From assembly GCA_963795855.1 (NCBI GenBank), contig CAWCIZ010000006.1, positions 1 to 64,000 on the forward strand: a stretch of DNA of 64,000 nucleotides, in the 5' to 3' direction. Origin of the DNA: Vulcanimicrobiota bacterium. Lineage in GTDB: Bacteria > Vulcanimicrobiota > Vulcanimicrobiia > Vulcanimicrobiales > Vulcanimicrobiaceae. The notes below the pieces were generated by a model. That model was given only the letters and a program-made list of their open reading frames with translations, made no database searches and was not told where the DNA came from. A program made the position numbers and the translations under genes. Each line of letters opens with the position of its first letter. Position 1 is the first letter of the stretch. This document shows, one piece after another, positions 52,383 to 64,000 of the stretch.

Positions 52383-52814
52383 GAGTTCTCGCAAACGCCG
52401 CTTCATGCATGCAAGGGTTCGCGTCGCAATCGGGTCCACGAAGTATTTGCCGATGAAAGTCGCGAGCGGCGATCGCCATTCGTGATCGATTTGCACTTGC
52501 GTTCCGCCGTTGCGCGGAACGAATCGCCACCACACGCGCATGCCTTTCGTCCAGCCGCCTACGTGCCGAAACGTTATGCCGGGCAAGGCGGCATCGTTGG
52601 TTTGCTCGGCGCGCCAACGCACCGGAATCGCCAGCGGCAACGCGCCGAAAGCACGGCGCGCCGCCATCTCCACGACGCTGCGCGGACCGGATGACTCCAG
52701 GACCCGCACGTACCGGTAGTGCGGCAGAATGTCGGGCCAGTTCTGCGTCCGGCTCGCGTAGTCGAAAATGCGCTGCGGCGGCGCCCCGATGAAGAGTTCG
52801 TTGCGCATGCGCAT
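52379..52814 (-). CDS. SRPBCC / polyketide cyclase family protein (in-frame fusion to the KAS is probably an artefact)
   Basis: WPDILPHYRYVRVL..IPVRWRAEQ..FRHVGGWTKGM.V.W..IATRTL; removing one base at 52393-95 gives a GTGA overlap. Confidence 0.8.
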
Positions 52815-53916
52815 TTAGGCGGCTCCGGTGACGCGCTCGATCAGCGGGCGAAGCATCCAGCTGTTTCGGCGCATAAGCGCCGCGGCGGTTCGGGCTACGA
52901 AACGGGAACCGATGATGCGGCCGATCCGCCGCGATGCCCTCGAGCGTGCGCGGATCTCGCGTCCCGCGCGAACCTCATACGACCAGAGATTGCCGGCAAC
53001 CACGGATTCCGCAGCAATTCTCGCGCACCGAAGCGCGAGATAGACGCCTTGCCCCGTGAACGGATCGAGAAAGCACGCCGCATCACCGACGAGCGCGACG
53101 CTTCCCCGCGTGAGCCGGCGCGCGCGATGCGCGAGCGGTCCGATTGCCACGCGCTTGCCTTCAGGCTGCGCGCCGTCGAGCAACGCGCCGGCGAGGCTCG
53201 CGAGCGCGCGTTTGCGCGAAAGCGTCGACGTCGTGCTGATGGTTCTTGAGATCCCGCTCGTCGACGATGAGCATGACGTTCGCGGTGTCGTCGCTGAGCG
53301 GATTCACCGCGACGTAACCCGTGCCGTGCACGAACATGTCGATGTACTCGTCCAATGCGGGCAGTTCGCGGTAATGACCGCCGAGCGCGAACCGCGATCC
53401 GCTCGGCCGTTCGCGCGACAGACCGCATTTTCGCGCCACCAGTGAATGCAAGCCGTCCGCCGCGATCACGGTCGCGGCTTCGACGTGCTGCAGCGCACCA
53501 TCCGGGAGCCGAAGCGCGACACGCGGACAACGGCCGCCTTCGATACAATCTTCCACGCGCGCGCGAACGACCGCCGCGCCGGCCGAACGGGCTGCATCCA
53601 GCAGCGCGTCGTCGAGCACCGCGCGCGGCAGAGACCAGCCGGGAGAGGAAAATTCGATTTGCGCGCGCACGCCGTGTCCGTGCAAACGAACGCCGCGCAC
53701 GGGACGAGCTTGCGGGAAAAGGCGGCCGGCTACGCCGAGTTCGCGCAGCAACTGCACCGTACCGGCGCTCAGATACTCACCGCACGCCTTCGTTCTTGGA
53801 AAAATACTGCGCTCGACGATGCAGACGCGAAGACCGGCGCGCGCGAGCAGCAGACCGGCCGTGGCACCCGCGGGGCCTCCTCCGGCGATGAGGACCTGTG
53901 CTGCTTCGGAAGTCAG
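52815..53916 (-). CDS. NAD(P)/FAD-dependent oxidoreductase (geranylgeranyl reductase/halogenase-like; CTG start; +1 frameshift ~53195)
   Basis: IAGGGPAG, FPRTKACGE, IAADGLHS, LVGDAACFLDPFTGQG. Confidence 0.85.
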
Positions 53917-54155
53917 CCCTTGAAGTACTCCGCGTTGACTTCTATGAAGTTCTGCCACTTCTCCGGCACGTCGGAATCGGCGAAGATGGCTTCGACGGGA
54001 CAGGCGGAAACGCAGGCGCCGCAGTCGATGCAAACTTCGGGATCGATGTACAGCATCTCGTCTTCATCCTTTCCGTGTATGCAATCGACCGGACACACGT
54101 CGACGCACGACTTGTCCTTGGTTCCGATGCACGGTTCGGTGATGACGTAAGACAT
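53913..54155 (-). CDS. 7Fe-type ferredoxin
   Basis: YVITEPCIGTKDKSCVDVCPVDCI..CIDCGACVSACPVEAI. Confidence 0.95.
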   Translation of the reverse strand: MSYVITEPCIGTKDKSCVDVCPVDCIHGKDEDEMLYIDPEVCIDCGACVSACPVEAIFADSDVPEKWQNFIEVNAEYFKG

Positions 54156-54279
54156 GATGGTTCTCGTTCGTCCTTATTGCTTTGGAAACGCTCGGCCCGC
54201 AGCAGGCTGTGATATACAGGGCTCCTCCAGTGAACGCCTTCCCGCAAGGCGTTTCAACGGCAAGAGTAGCACGGGCCGT

Positions 54280-54534
54280 TCAGGCGATGGTCCGGCGACC
54301 CGCAGTTGCCCGAATGACCAGGATGATGACGAACGCGCCGATGGCCGCGCTGGCGATACTCCAGCCGTTGTAGTCGTCCAACGGCGGCTTGTGCCCGAAC
54401 AACTTGTAGATGAAGCCGCCCAGAAGACCGCCGACGATTCCCGCGAGCGTATCGCCGCCGACTCCGGGCGAATCCGGCACGATGTACCGGGCGAGCACTC
54501 CGACGCAGAGGCCGGCTATGGCTTCCACCAGCAT
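54280..54534 (-). CDS. GlsB/YeaQ/YmgE family stress-response membrane protein
   Basis: GLCVGVLARYIVP..LAGIVGGLLGG..ASAAIGAFVIILV. Confidence 0.85.
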   Translation of the reverse strand: MLVEAIAGLCVGVLARYIVPDSPGVGGDTLAGIVGGLLGGFIYKLFGHKPPLDDYNGWSIASAAIGAFVIILVIRATAGRRTIA

Positions 54535-54588
54535 GGCTGAAGATTTCTTTCCCGTGCGGCGAACGCTCAAGCAGATGGAGGGCCACCG

Positions 54589-55287
54589 ATGACTCGAGTA
54601 CTAGCAGCGGCAACGCTTTTTGCGCTCCTTGCAGCCCCGGCTGCTGCGGCCACGCCGACGCAGATTACCGTAACGGCGGAGGGCCGCTCGAACACCCTGC
54701 CCGACATGGCGAGCGCCGCGTTCACGATTTCAACCAACGCGTCCGACGCCGCCGCGGCCACGTCGGACAACAACTCGCGCTACGAACGCCTGCTTCACGC
54801 TTTCTCGGGCCTGGGCATTGCGCAAGGCGACGTACGCACGACCTCGTTCAATATGAATTACAATGCTCCGCCGGCACCGCCGGACACGCCGCAGCCGGGT
54901 CAGCGCTACGGGTACTTCGTCTACCGCGGCGTCAGCGTTACGATCCGCCGGCTGGCTCTCGTCGGCAAAACCGTCGATGCGGCGCTTGCCTCCGGCGTAA
55001 CTGATTTGAACGGGGTCGCCTTCGATACGAGCGACGGCGCGGGGCAGTTCGCGCGAGCCTTGAGCGATGCCGTCAAGCGCGCCCGCGCGCACGCTGAGGC
55101 GATGGCCGGCGCCGCCGGGCTGCATGTCGTGCGCGTGCGTAGCATGCAGGAAGGCGCGCCGTCGCGGCCGGTTCCGATGATGGAAGCGGCGGTCTTTCGC
55201 GCAGCTCCGAATGCCGTTCCGACGCAAATCCAGCCCAGTTCCGTCGAAACCACCGCAACCGTAACCATCACGTATGACGCGCAATGA
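54589..55287 (+). CDS. SIMPL (DUF541) domain protein
   Basis: Signal peptide, ITVTAEG..PD.A, AVKRARAHAEAMAGAAG, V.ATVTITY. Confidence 0.9.
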   Translation: MTRVLAAATLFALLAAPAAAATPTQITVTAEGRSNTLPDMASAAFTISTNASDAAAATSDNNSRYERLLHAFSGLGIAQGDVRTTSFNMNYNAPPAPPDTPQPGQRYGYFVYRGVSVTIRRLALVGKTVDAALASGVTDLNGVAFDTSDGAGQFARALSDAVKRARAHAEAMAGAAGLHVVRVRSMQEGAPSRPVPMMEAAVFRAAPNAVPTQIQPSSVETTATVTITYDAQ

Positions 55288-55321
55288 AACCGGCGAGCGC
55301 GCAAAGGGTAGCACCTAACAC

Positions 55322-57274
55322 ATGACCACGACGTGCGAAATCTGCGGGCAGAACCCCGCCACCGTTTCGGATCCGGGTTCGCTGCAGGCGCGGTATTGCG
55401 CCGTCTGCGCGGTCAAACGGCAAGCAACCAAAGCTGCGCTGCCCTATCTCGGCGCGGCGCTTACCGCAGCGGCGCTGCTCGCGGGCGGCGCGATTCTCAT
55501 CGACAAGATGAGCGAGCGCGACCGCGGCGGTTCGGCCGGGAACCCGCTCGAGGACTGGACGCGGCGACTGCGCAACGCAACGCCGACGCTCGCCGCGTTT
55601 TCGCGGGATCTGACCGATCTGGCGCGCAGCGCCAAGCTCGATCCGGTCATCGGCCGCGACGACGAAGTCGAGCGGGTCGTGTCGATTCTTGCGCGCCGCA
55701 GTAAAAATAATCCGGTTCTCGTAGGCGAGCCGGGCGTCGGAAAGACCGCGATCGTCGAAGGGTTGGCGCAGCGCATCGTGGCCGGCAACGTGCCCGAACC
55801 GCTGCGCAACAAACGCGTTCTCGCGCTTTCGCTCGGTCCGCTCGTCGCCGGAACGAAGTACCGCGGCGAGTTCGAAAGCCGCGTCAAGAAAATTCTCGAC
55901 GAGGTGCGCAAGGCGGCACGCGACGTCATTCTCTTCATCGACGAACTGCATACGCTGGTCGGGGCGGGCGCCGCCGAAGGCGCGCTCGATCTCAGTTCGA
56001 TGATCAAGCCGGAGCTCGCGCGAGGCGATCTGCAGTGCATCGGCGCGACGACCTTCGACGAGTACCGCAAATACATCGAATCGGATGCGGCGCTCGAACG
56101 GCGCTTTCAGCCGGTAATGGTCGACGAACCATCGATAGAACAAACCGTTGCCATTTTGCGCGGCCTGCGCAAGCGTTATGCCGACCATCACAACGTCACG
56201 ATCAGCGACGAGGCCGTTCAAGCGGCGGCAGCGCTTTCGGCGCGCTACATCGCGGATCGCTTTCTGCCGGACAAGGCCATCGATCTGATGGACGAAGCTG
56301 CAGCGACCGTGGCGCTGCGCAACAAAGGGGAAGTCGCGGCGCCGCGCGTGACCGCGGACGACGTCGCGGCCGTGGTTACGAAGTGGACGGGAATACCGCA
56401 ATCGACGCTTTCGGAATCGCAAGCGAATAATTTGCTCTCGCTGGAAACGACGCTCTCGAAGCGCGTCATCGGACAGCGCCAGGCTATCTCCGCGGTGAGT
56501 GAAGCGATCCGCCGCGCGCGCGCCGGACTGCACGATCCGCATAAGCCGCTCGGAAGCTTCCTGTTCATGGGGAGCAGCGGCGTAGGCAAGACGGAACTCG
56601 CCAAAGCGTTGGCCGAAGCGCTCTTCGGCACCGAAGAGGCGCTCGTGCGGATCGATCTCTCCGAATTCACCGAAGCGCACACTATTTCGCGACTGCTCGG
56701 CGCACCGCCGGGATACCAAGGTCACGACGAACCCGGACAGTTGACCGAACCGGTTCGCCGCCGGCCCTATTGCGTCGTGCTGTTCGACGAACTCGAAAAA
56801 GCGCACCCGGACGTCGCGGCCGTGCTGCTGCAGATCCTCGACGACGGCCGCGTCACCGACGCGAAAGGCCGCACGATCGATTTCCGTCATGCGCTCATCA
56901 TCATGACGACCAACGTCGAAGACGACGAACTTTCGGCCGCGTTCCGCCCGGAGTTCCTCAACCGCATCGACGACGTCGTGCGCTTCAACGATTTACAACT
57001 CGGCGACATCGAGCAGATCGTCGCGATCCACGTTGAAGCGCTCGCCGAGCGTCTAGGCGCGCGCGACGTGAACCTTCAGCTCGACGAAGGCGCGCGGCAG
57101 TTCCTGGCGCGTGAGGCGATGAGCGCCGGCAACGGCGCGCGTTACGTGCACCGCATCGTCGCGCGGCACGTCAGCACGCCCCTCTCTACGGCAATATTGC
57201 GCGGAGAGTTGCCGAAAGGTTCGCGCGCCAGCGTCGAATTCTCCGGCGGCGCGCTCGTGGTGAAAGCGGCTTAA
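55322..57274 (+). CDS. Clp/Hsp100 AAA+ ATPase with N-terminal Zn-ribbon and hydrophobic helix
   Basis: CEIC-x17-[57 protein letters not shown]. Confidence 0.92.
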   Translation: MTTTCEICGQNPATVSDPGSLQARYCAVCAVKRQATKAALPYLGAALTAAALLAGGAILIDKMSERDRGGSAGNPLEDWTRRLRNATPTLAAFSRDLTDLARSAKLDPVIGRDDEVERVVSILARRSKNNPVLVGEPGVGKTAIVEGLAQRIVAGNVPEPLRNKRVLALSLGPLVAGTKYRGEFESRVKKILDEVRKAARDVILFIDELHTLVGAGAAEGALDLSSMIKPELARGDLQCIGATTFDEYRKYIESDAALERRFQPVMVDEPSIEQTVAILRGLRKRYADHHNVTISDEAVQAAAALSARYIADRFLPDKAIDLMDEAAATVALRNKGEVAAPRVTADDVAAVVTKWTGIPQSTLSESQANNLLSLETTLSKRVIGQRQAISAVSEAIRRARAGLHDPHKPLGSFLFMGSSGVGKTELAKALAEALFGTEEALVRIDLSEFTEAHTISRLLGAPPGYQGHDEPGQLTEPVRRRPYCVVLFDELEKAHPDVAAVLLQILDDGRVTDAKGRTIDFRHALIIMTTNVEDDELSAAFRPEFLNRIDDVVRFNDLQLGDIEQIVAIHVEALAERLGARDVNLQLDEGARQFLAREAMSAGNGARYVHRIVARHVSTPLSTAILRGELPKGSRASVEFSGGALVVKAA

Positions 57275-57597
57275 GCTTCCGCGAGCGGCTCTTTGCTGCC
57301 GGGCGCAGCCGTGACGACGGTCAGCAGCGTCACTAGGCCCGTTATTTCAAAAATGCGGCGCAGGTTCGGCGGCACGACGACCACGATGTCGCGGGCATCG
57401 CCTCCCGCGTCGATGAATCCGCGCCGATAACGCATCAACACCGCAACGATCGACGAGTCGAGCAGCGTCGCGTTCCGCAAATCGATCGCGAGCCGGTCGA
57501 TCGTTTCGGGCGGCGGAAATGCGGACGCGAACTCATCTCGACGGAACACGTCGAGATCGCCGGAAAACTCCAACCGCACAGTGCGCTGATCGCTCAA
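57271..57597 (-). CDS. STAS domain anti-sigma-factor antagonist
   Basis: [40 protein letters not shown] before a TTG at 57597. Confidence 0.88.
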   Translation of the reverse strand: MSDQRTVRLEFSGDLDVFRRDEFASAFPPPETIDRLAIDLRNATLLDSSIVAVLMRYRRGFIDAGGDARDIVVVVPPNLRRIFEITGLVTLLTVVTAAPGSKEPLAEA

Positions 57598-57626
57598 GTC
57601 AGGTGCTCTCCACTGCCGCATTCATC

Positions 57627-57652
57627 ATACCGCAGTAGTGGGTCCAATAAAC
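57627..57652 (-). promoter_or_regulatory. SigB-like promoter GTTT-N16-CGGTAT
   Basis: Upstream of the STAS gene. Confidence 0.55.
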
Positions 57653-57668
57653 TGTATGGCGAGTCCTG

Positions 57669-58172
57669 CTAAAGAATCCCCTGAATCGCGGCGGCGATCT
57701 GGCTCTCGCTCATCTCGCCGGGAACGATCTTGCGCACGACGCCTTTGCGATCGATGAAGACGTGTACGGGCAGACCGTTCACGTCGTACTGCGTCTGTAA
57801 CGTGCCGTCGTCCACGACGGCGGGATAGATAAGTGCGTATTTCCTAACGAATTGCGCCGCCTTCGACGCGTTTTCCAGTTCGTCCACGCCGACAATCTGC
57901 AGCCCGTCGGCCGCATACCGCTTCTGCAGGGCATTGATGCTTGGGGCTTCTTCGTTGCACGGCGGACACCAGGTCGCGAAAAAGTTGAGGTACACCGGTT
58001 TACCGCGAAGCGAGCTCATCGAGAGGTGCCCGCCCGATGAGGTGGGCTCCGACCACGACGGCGCGACCGCGCCCACCGCGGCGGTGTGCGACGCGGACGA
58101 GCGGCTCGATGCGCATGCCGCGAGCGACGCCGCCATCGCCAACGCGAGGCCGGCGTTGACCGAAGTTCTCAT
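57669..58172 (-). CDS. TlpA-family thiol-disulfide oxidoreductase lipoprotein
   Basis: Lipobox LAAC; LNFFATWCPPC; GLPVHVFID. Confidence 0.9.
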   Translation of the reverse strand: MRTSVNAGLALAMAASLAACASSRSSASHTAAVGAVAPSWSEPTSSGGHLSMSSLRGKPVYLNFFATWCPPCNEEAPSINALQKRYAADGLQIVGVDELENASKAAQFVRKYALIYPAVVDDGTLQTQYDVNGLPVHVFIDRKGVVRKIVPGEMSESQIAAAIQGIL

Positions 58173-59096
58173 CAACCGAACGCCGGGTAGGCGACGGCGC
58201 GCAAATCGCGATCCATCTGCTCCTTTAACGCTGCCACGGAGTCAAAGCGTTGCTGTTCGCGCACGAACCGGAAGTCGCGCAGGGCAATTTCTTTGCCGTA
58301 GATGGTTTCTTGGAAGTCGCGCAGCCAAGACTTCAACCGTCCGGTGAGCGCCGTTGAACGTCGGGTTGGTTCCGATGGAAACGAGCGCCGCATAATCCCG
58401 CCCGTCGTATCGCGCGGTCGCCGCGTACACGCCGTCTTTGGGAAGCAATTTCGCGGGCAGCTCGACGTTTGCGGTGGGAAATTGCAGATCGTGCCCGAGT
58501 CCGCGGCCGACACGGACGCGCCCGCGAATTTCGTAACTGTGCCCCAGGAGGCGGTCCGCGGTTTCAACCTCGCCGGCGGCTAACGCCGCGCGTATGCGCG
58601 TACTCGAAACGCGCTCGCCGCTTTCGTCCGTCGTATGTTCTACCGGAACGAACGCCACGCCGCTCTGCGAGAACACGCGCTGCATCAGCGCGGTATCGCC
58701 GGTGCGCTTGTGTCCGAATCGGAAGGTCTTGCCGACGACGACGCCCCGCACGCCGAGCGTTTGTATCAGCGTTTCGGTGAGAAAACGCTCCGCGCCGATC
58801 GAGGCGATTGACGCGTCGAACGGCACGAAATAACATTCGTCGAAACCGGCCCCGGCGAGCAGATCGAGGCGCTCTTCCGGCGTGGTGATGAGCGGCGGCT
58901 CGGTGCCGGGGCGCAAAAACGACGCAGGGTGGTTCGCGAACGTGAGCGCCGCGCTGCGCCAGCCGGGCTTGCGCAGGAGCAGCGTTTGACGCGCGATTTC
59001 ACCGTGTCCGCGGTGCATGCCGTCAAAAAAACCGATTGCCGCGACGAGCGGGCGAGATTGCGCGTCGCGCGCTTGCAGCGCGTGATGAACTTTCAC
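58172..59096 (-). CDS. ribF: Bifunctional riboflavin kinase/FAD synthetase (apparent +1 frameshift ~58331)
   Basis: GFFDGMHRGH, VSSTRIR, FPTAN, GTNPT, IYG..FVREQQRFDS..LKEQM. Confidence 0.93.
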
Positions 59097-59980
59097 ACGA
59101 ACACTTTCCGCGGCGCAAGCAGAGCACCGTGCGTTTCGCCGACGCCCACGAGCGTTCGCGACTCATCCCGCACGAACACGTGCTTGTCGCCCGCGCCCTC
59201 CGGAAGCGGCACGACGCGTCCCGCACGAAAATCGGCGGAATGCCGCAGGTCGAGCACGATCGTCGGAAACGGAATGATGTGCTCCGGCGCAATGAGCGAC
59301 TCGCGCGGCCGGTCGGCGATTTCTTCGAGCGCTCGGGACTCGTAGAGAACGAAGGGTCCCGATGCTTCGCGCACGAGCGCCCCCATGTGCGCGGGAACCC
59401 CGATGGCTTTTCCGAGATCTTCGACCAGCGTGCGAACGTAGGTGCCCTCGCTGCACGCGATGCGCAGACGCGCTTCTTTCCGTTCGGCTGCGCCGGACGC
59501 AGACCCAAGCAGCGTCAAACCGTAGATCGTGATCGAACGGGGCTTTCGCTCGACCTGCTTCCCTTCGCGCGCGAGTTCGTATAAACGCTTGCCCTGGTGA
59601 TGAACGGCGCTGAACATGGGCGGCACTTGATCGACTCTCCCCACGAATTCGGCCAATACGTCACGCAATTTGCGCTCCCAACCGATCGGGACGACGACCG
59701 ATTCGACGGTTTCGCCGAGCGCATCTCCCGTCGTCGTCGAACGCCCCGGCACGAACGTGCACACGTACGCTTTGCGCTGATCGGTCAGCAGCGGGATAAG
59801 GCGCGTTGCCTTTCCAACCGCAATCGGCAAAACGCCGGCGGCTTGCGGGTCGAGCGTACCGAGATGGCCGACGCCGATGTGACGATCGCGGGAATACAGG
59901 CCGTAAACTCGCCTGAGACGCGCGACCACTTGGGCCGATGTGGGACCGGCCGGCTTGAAGACGTTGACGAAGCCCAGCAT
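59093..59980 (-). CDS. truB: tRNA pseudouridine(55) synthase
   Basis: GHLGTLDPQAAGVL, QVPPMFSA, CSEGTYVRTL. Confidence 0.95.
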   Translation of the reverse strand: MLGFVNVFKPAGPTSAQVVARLRRVYGLYSRDRHIGVGHLGTLDPQAAGVLPIAVGKATRLIPLLTDQRKAYVCTFVPGRSTTTGDALGETVESVVVPIGWERKLRDVLAEFVGRVDQVPPMFSAVHHQGKRLYELAREGKQVERKPRSITIYGLTLLGSASGAAERKEARLRIACSEGTYVRTLVEDLGKAIGVPAHMGALVREASGPFVLYESRALEEIADRPRESLIAPEHIIPFPTIVLDLRHSADFRAGRVVPLPEGAGDKHVFVRDESRTLVGVGETHGALLAPRKVFV

Positions 59981-59984
59981 CGCG

Positions 59985-60230
59985 CTACGGCTTCGAAAGA
60001 AAGAACCGCTCTCCGCGGAAAAGGCGGCCGTAGTAGTAGACGATCGAACCAGCGACAAAGAACGCGAGGCCGAGCGGGATCGCCCGCGCCGCGAACAACA
60101 CCGGCGACACGAAGACCAGGCTGCCCAACAGTGCGACGATCAGCCCGTAGCGCAAGAACGGCGTATTGCGCGACGTGCGCGTCAGGAATGCGATGCCGAT
60201 TATTGCAATCAGAATTGCGATCGGCTTCAC
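59985..60230 (-). CDS. Small 3-TM membrane protein
   Basis: Hydrophobic ORF tightly packed in the operon. Confidence 0.7.
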   Translation of the reverse strand: MKPIAILIAIIGIAFLTRTSRNTPFLRYGLIVALLGSLVFVSPVLFAARAIPLGLAFFVAGSIVYYYGRLFRGERFFLSKP

Positions 60231-60232
60231 GA

Positions 60233-61219
60233 CTATAAGCCTTCCGCGACCAGCGCTTCGTCGACCGCCCGAATTGCGTCGGTCAAGTTTCCGACGAACG
60301 TCAAGCCGGATGCGCGGAAATGGCCTCCGCCGCCCAGACGCGCCGCGGTAGCCTGCACGTTGACGCGGCCGCCGCTTCGCAAACTAACGCGAATGTCGCC
60401 TTCGTACGCCTTGAAAAGAGCGGCGACTTCAACGCCTTCGACGGACCTGAGATGGTTCACGATCTCTTCGGTGTCTTCGCCGTCCGCCTCGCACTCGCTC
60501 AACATGCGGTCGTCGACGTACGACCAAACGTAGCGGCCGTCGTGTTCGGCCCGCGCTTCGCTCAGTGCGCGTCCGAGCAGTTTGATCGCCGCGAGGCGCT
60601 TGTTCGCAAAAATCTCTTCGGTGATCTGCTCCTTGGAAGCGCCGAGGTTCATCAGTTCGGCGGCAAGCATCAAAACTTCTGGCGTCGTGTTGCTGTGCAT
60701 GAACCCGCCGGTGTCCGTCATGATCGTGGTAAGCAGACACGTTGCGATGTCGGCGTCGATTTCGATCTTCAAACCGCGCAGCAAATGCATGACGCACGTG
60801 CCGGTGGAACATTCGTGCGGAAGTACGTAGTTGAACGCGCCGAAATGGGCGTTTCCGAGATGGTGATCGATGTCGAGAACGTTCTCGCGATCGACTTTCG
60901 GCAGAAACTCTCCGGCGCGCGCCGTGTCGCTCATGTCGCCGAAAACCCACAGCGTGTCGGCGGGCAAGTCCGCCGGCAAATCGCGCGACACGAGCTCCGT
61001 GTCCGCGAGAAAGCGCAGATTCCGCGGCACCGCATCCTGCTGAAAGTAGTGTACGCGCTTTCCTAGCTTTTTCAGAGCCAGTCCGAGCGCGAGCCCGGAA
61101 CCCAAGGTATCGCCGTCCGGTTTCACGTGACTGACCATCACGAACGTCGAGCGTTTATTGAGCTCGGCGACCACTTCTTCGGTGGTTGCCGTGAGCGGAT
61201 GCTGCTCCTGGCCGATCAC
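60233..61219 (-). CDS. nrnA: DHH-family bifunctional oligoribonuclease/PAP phosphatase
   Basis: HVKPDGD, IDHH, TDTGGF, VSLRS, GGGGH. Confidence 0.88.
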   Translation of the reverse strand: MIGQEQHPLTATTEEVVAELNKRSTFVMVSHVKPDGDTLGSGLALGLALKKLGKRVHYFQQDAVPRNLRFLADTELVSRDLPADLPADTLWVFGDMSDTARAGEFLPKVDRENVLDIDHHLGNAHFGAFNYVLPHECSTGTCVMHLLRGLKIEIDADIATCLLTTIMTDTGGFMHSNTTPEVLMLAAELMNLGASKEQITEEIFANKRLAAIKLLGRALSEARAEHDGRYVWSYVDDRMLSECEADGEDTEEIVNHLRSVEGVEVAALFKAYEGDIRVSLRSGGRVNVQATAARLGGGGHFRASGLTFVGNLTDAIRAVDEALVAEGL

Positions 61220-61566
61220 GCGCTCCCTCCGCCGACTTCGCGAAGCGTCTTGCTCAGGTTGATCGCGCGTTCGGTGGAGCGATCCTCGACGAACTGCAAC
61301 TCCGGCGTATGACGCAGCTTCACTTGCTGACCGAGTTCCCCGCGCAAAAACCGCGAAGCGTGCGCGAGCGCGTCCATCGTTTGCTTGGCGACGTGCCGGT
61401 CCCCAATGATCGAGACGAACACTTTGGCATGCTTGAGATCTTGCGTGATCTCGACGCGCGTGACGGTGGTAAATCCAAGCCGCGGGTCCTTCAACTCTTG
61501 GGAGATGAGGGTGCCGAGCACTTTTTGGATCTCGTGATCGATCCGCTGCATTCTTTGCTGTTTCAT
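61216..61566 (-). CDS. rbfA: Ribosome-binding factor A
   Basis: LKDPRLG..DLKHAKVFVS..LRHTPELQFVED. Confidence 0.95.
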   Translation of the reverse strand: MKQQRMQRIDHEIQKVLGTLISQELKDPRLGFTTVTRVEITQDLKHAKVFVSIIGDRHVAKQTMDALAHASRFLRGELGQQVKLRHTPELQFVEDRSTERAINLSKTLREVGGGSA

Positions 61567-61701
61567 TTGGAAAGGCGCTCCGGCCGAGCAGTCGACCCTG
61601 ACGCACATCCTATGCTGGTCGACATGCTCCCATCCTGGTCGCTATGCGCGCCCCCCGCGCAGCGGGGCCCCCGTTGGGTTGCGTAGGCGGTAGACGCCGA
61701 A

Positions 61702-64000
<2,299 letters not shown>

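Noticed and set aside
51147..52814. Natural SRPBCC-ketosynthase fusion protein
   Set aside because: Deleting one base in the AAA at 52393-95 restores a stop with a standard GTGA overlap, matching the window-wide +1 error pattern.

Overview
GC-rich bacterial chromosomal window of a diderm organism (outer-membrane porin, GT9 heptosyltransferase-type gene). Gene order and style suggest Ca. Eremiobacterota/Vulcanimicrobiota; this is an inference and was not verified. Most genes are housekeeping: infB-rbfA-DHH-truB-ribF, hrcA(CIRCE)-dnaJ-rsmE, accD-accA-ftsB-S1-ppx, acs, dinG, tdh-kbl, phoBR, pstCAB plus a porin, gdh-proDH-dapA-like and tRNA-fMet. A lower-GC accessory segment follows the tRNA. A dispersed set of general-stress-type genes shares a SigB/SigF-like promoter motif (GTTT-N15-17-GGGWAN). 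It includes two hemerythrin proteins, a poly-HAMP hybrid kinase with CheR, a GAF-SpoIIE-RsbW protein, a STAS protein and GlsB. The most notable items are: (i) a very basic protein with 15 RKKSTGG-type heptads that match the histone H3 tail motif RKSTGG, fused to DUF6496; (ii) a Clp/Hsp100 ATPase with a Zn-ribbon plus hydrophobic helix at its N-terminus and no Clp-N domain, M domain or ClpP loop; (iii) a 34-aa ORF that looks like the two ends of a molybdopterin oxidoreductase joined in frame; (iv) a ferredoxin / FAD-oxidoreductase / SRPBCC cyclase / ketosynthase operon; (v) two apparent CTG start codons. About a dozen single-base insertions break genes, including essential ones, so the sequence is probably unpolished long-read data.
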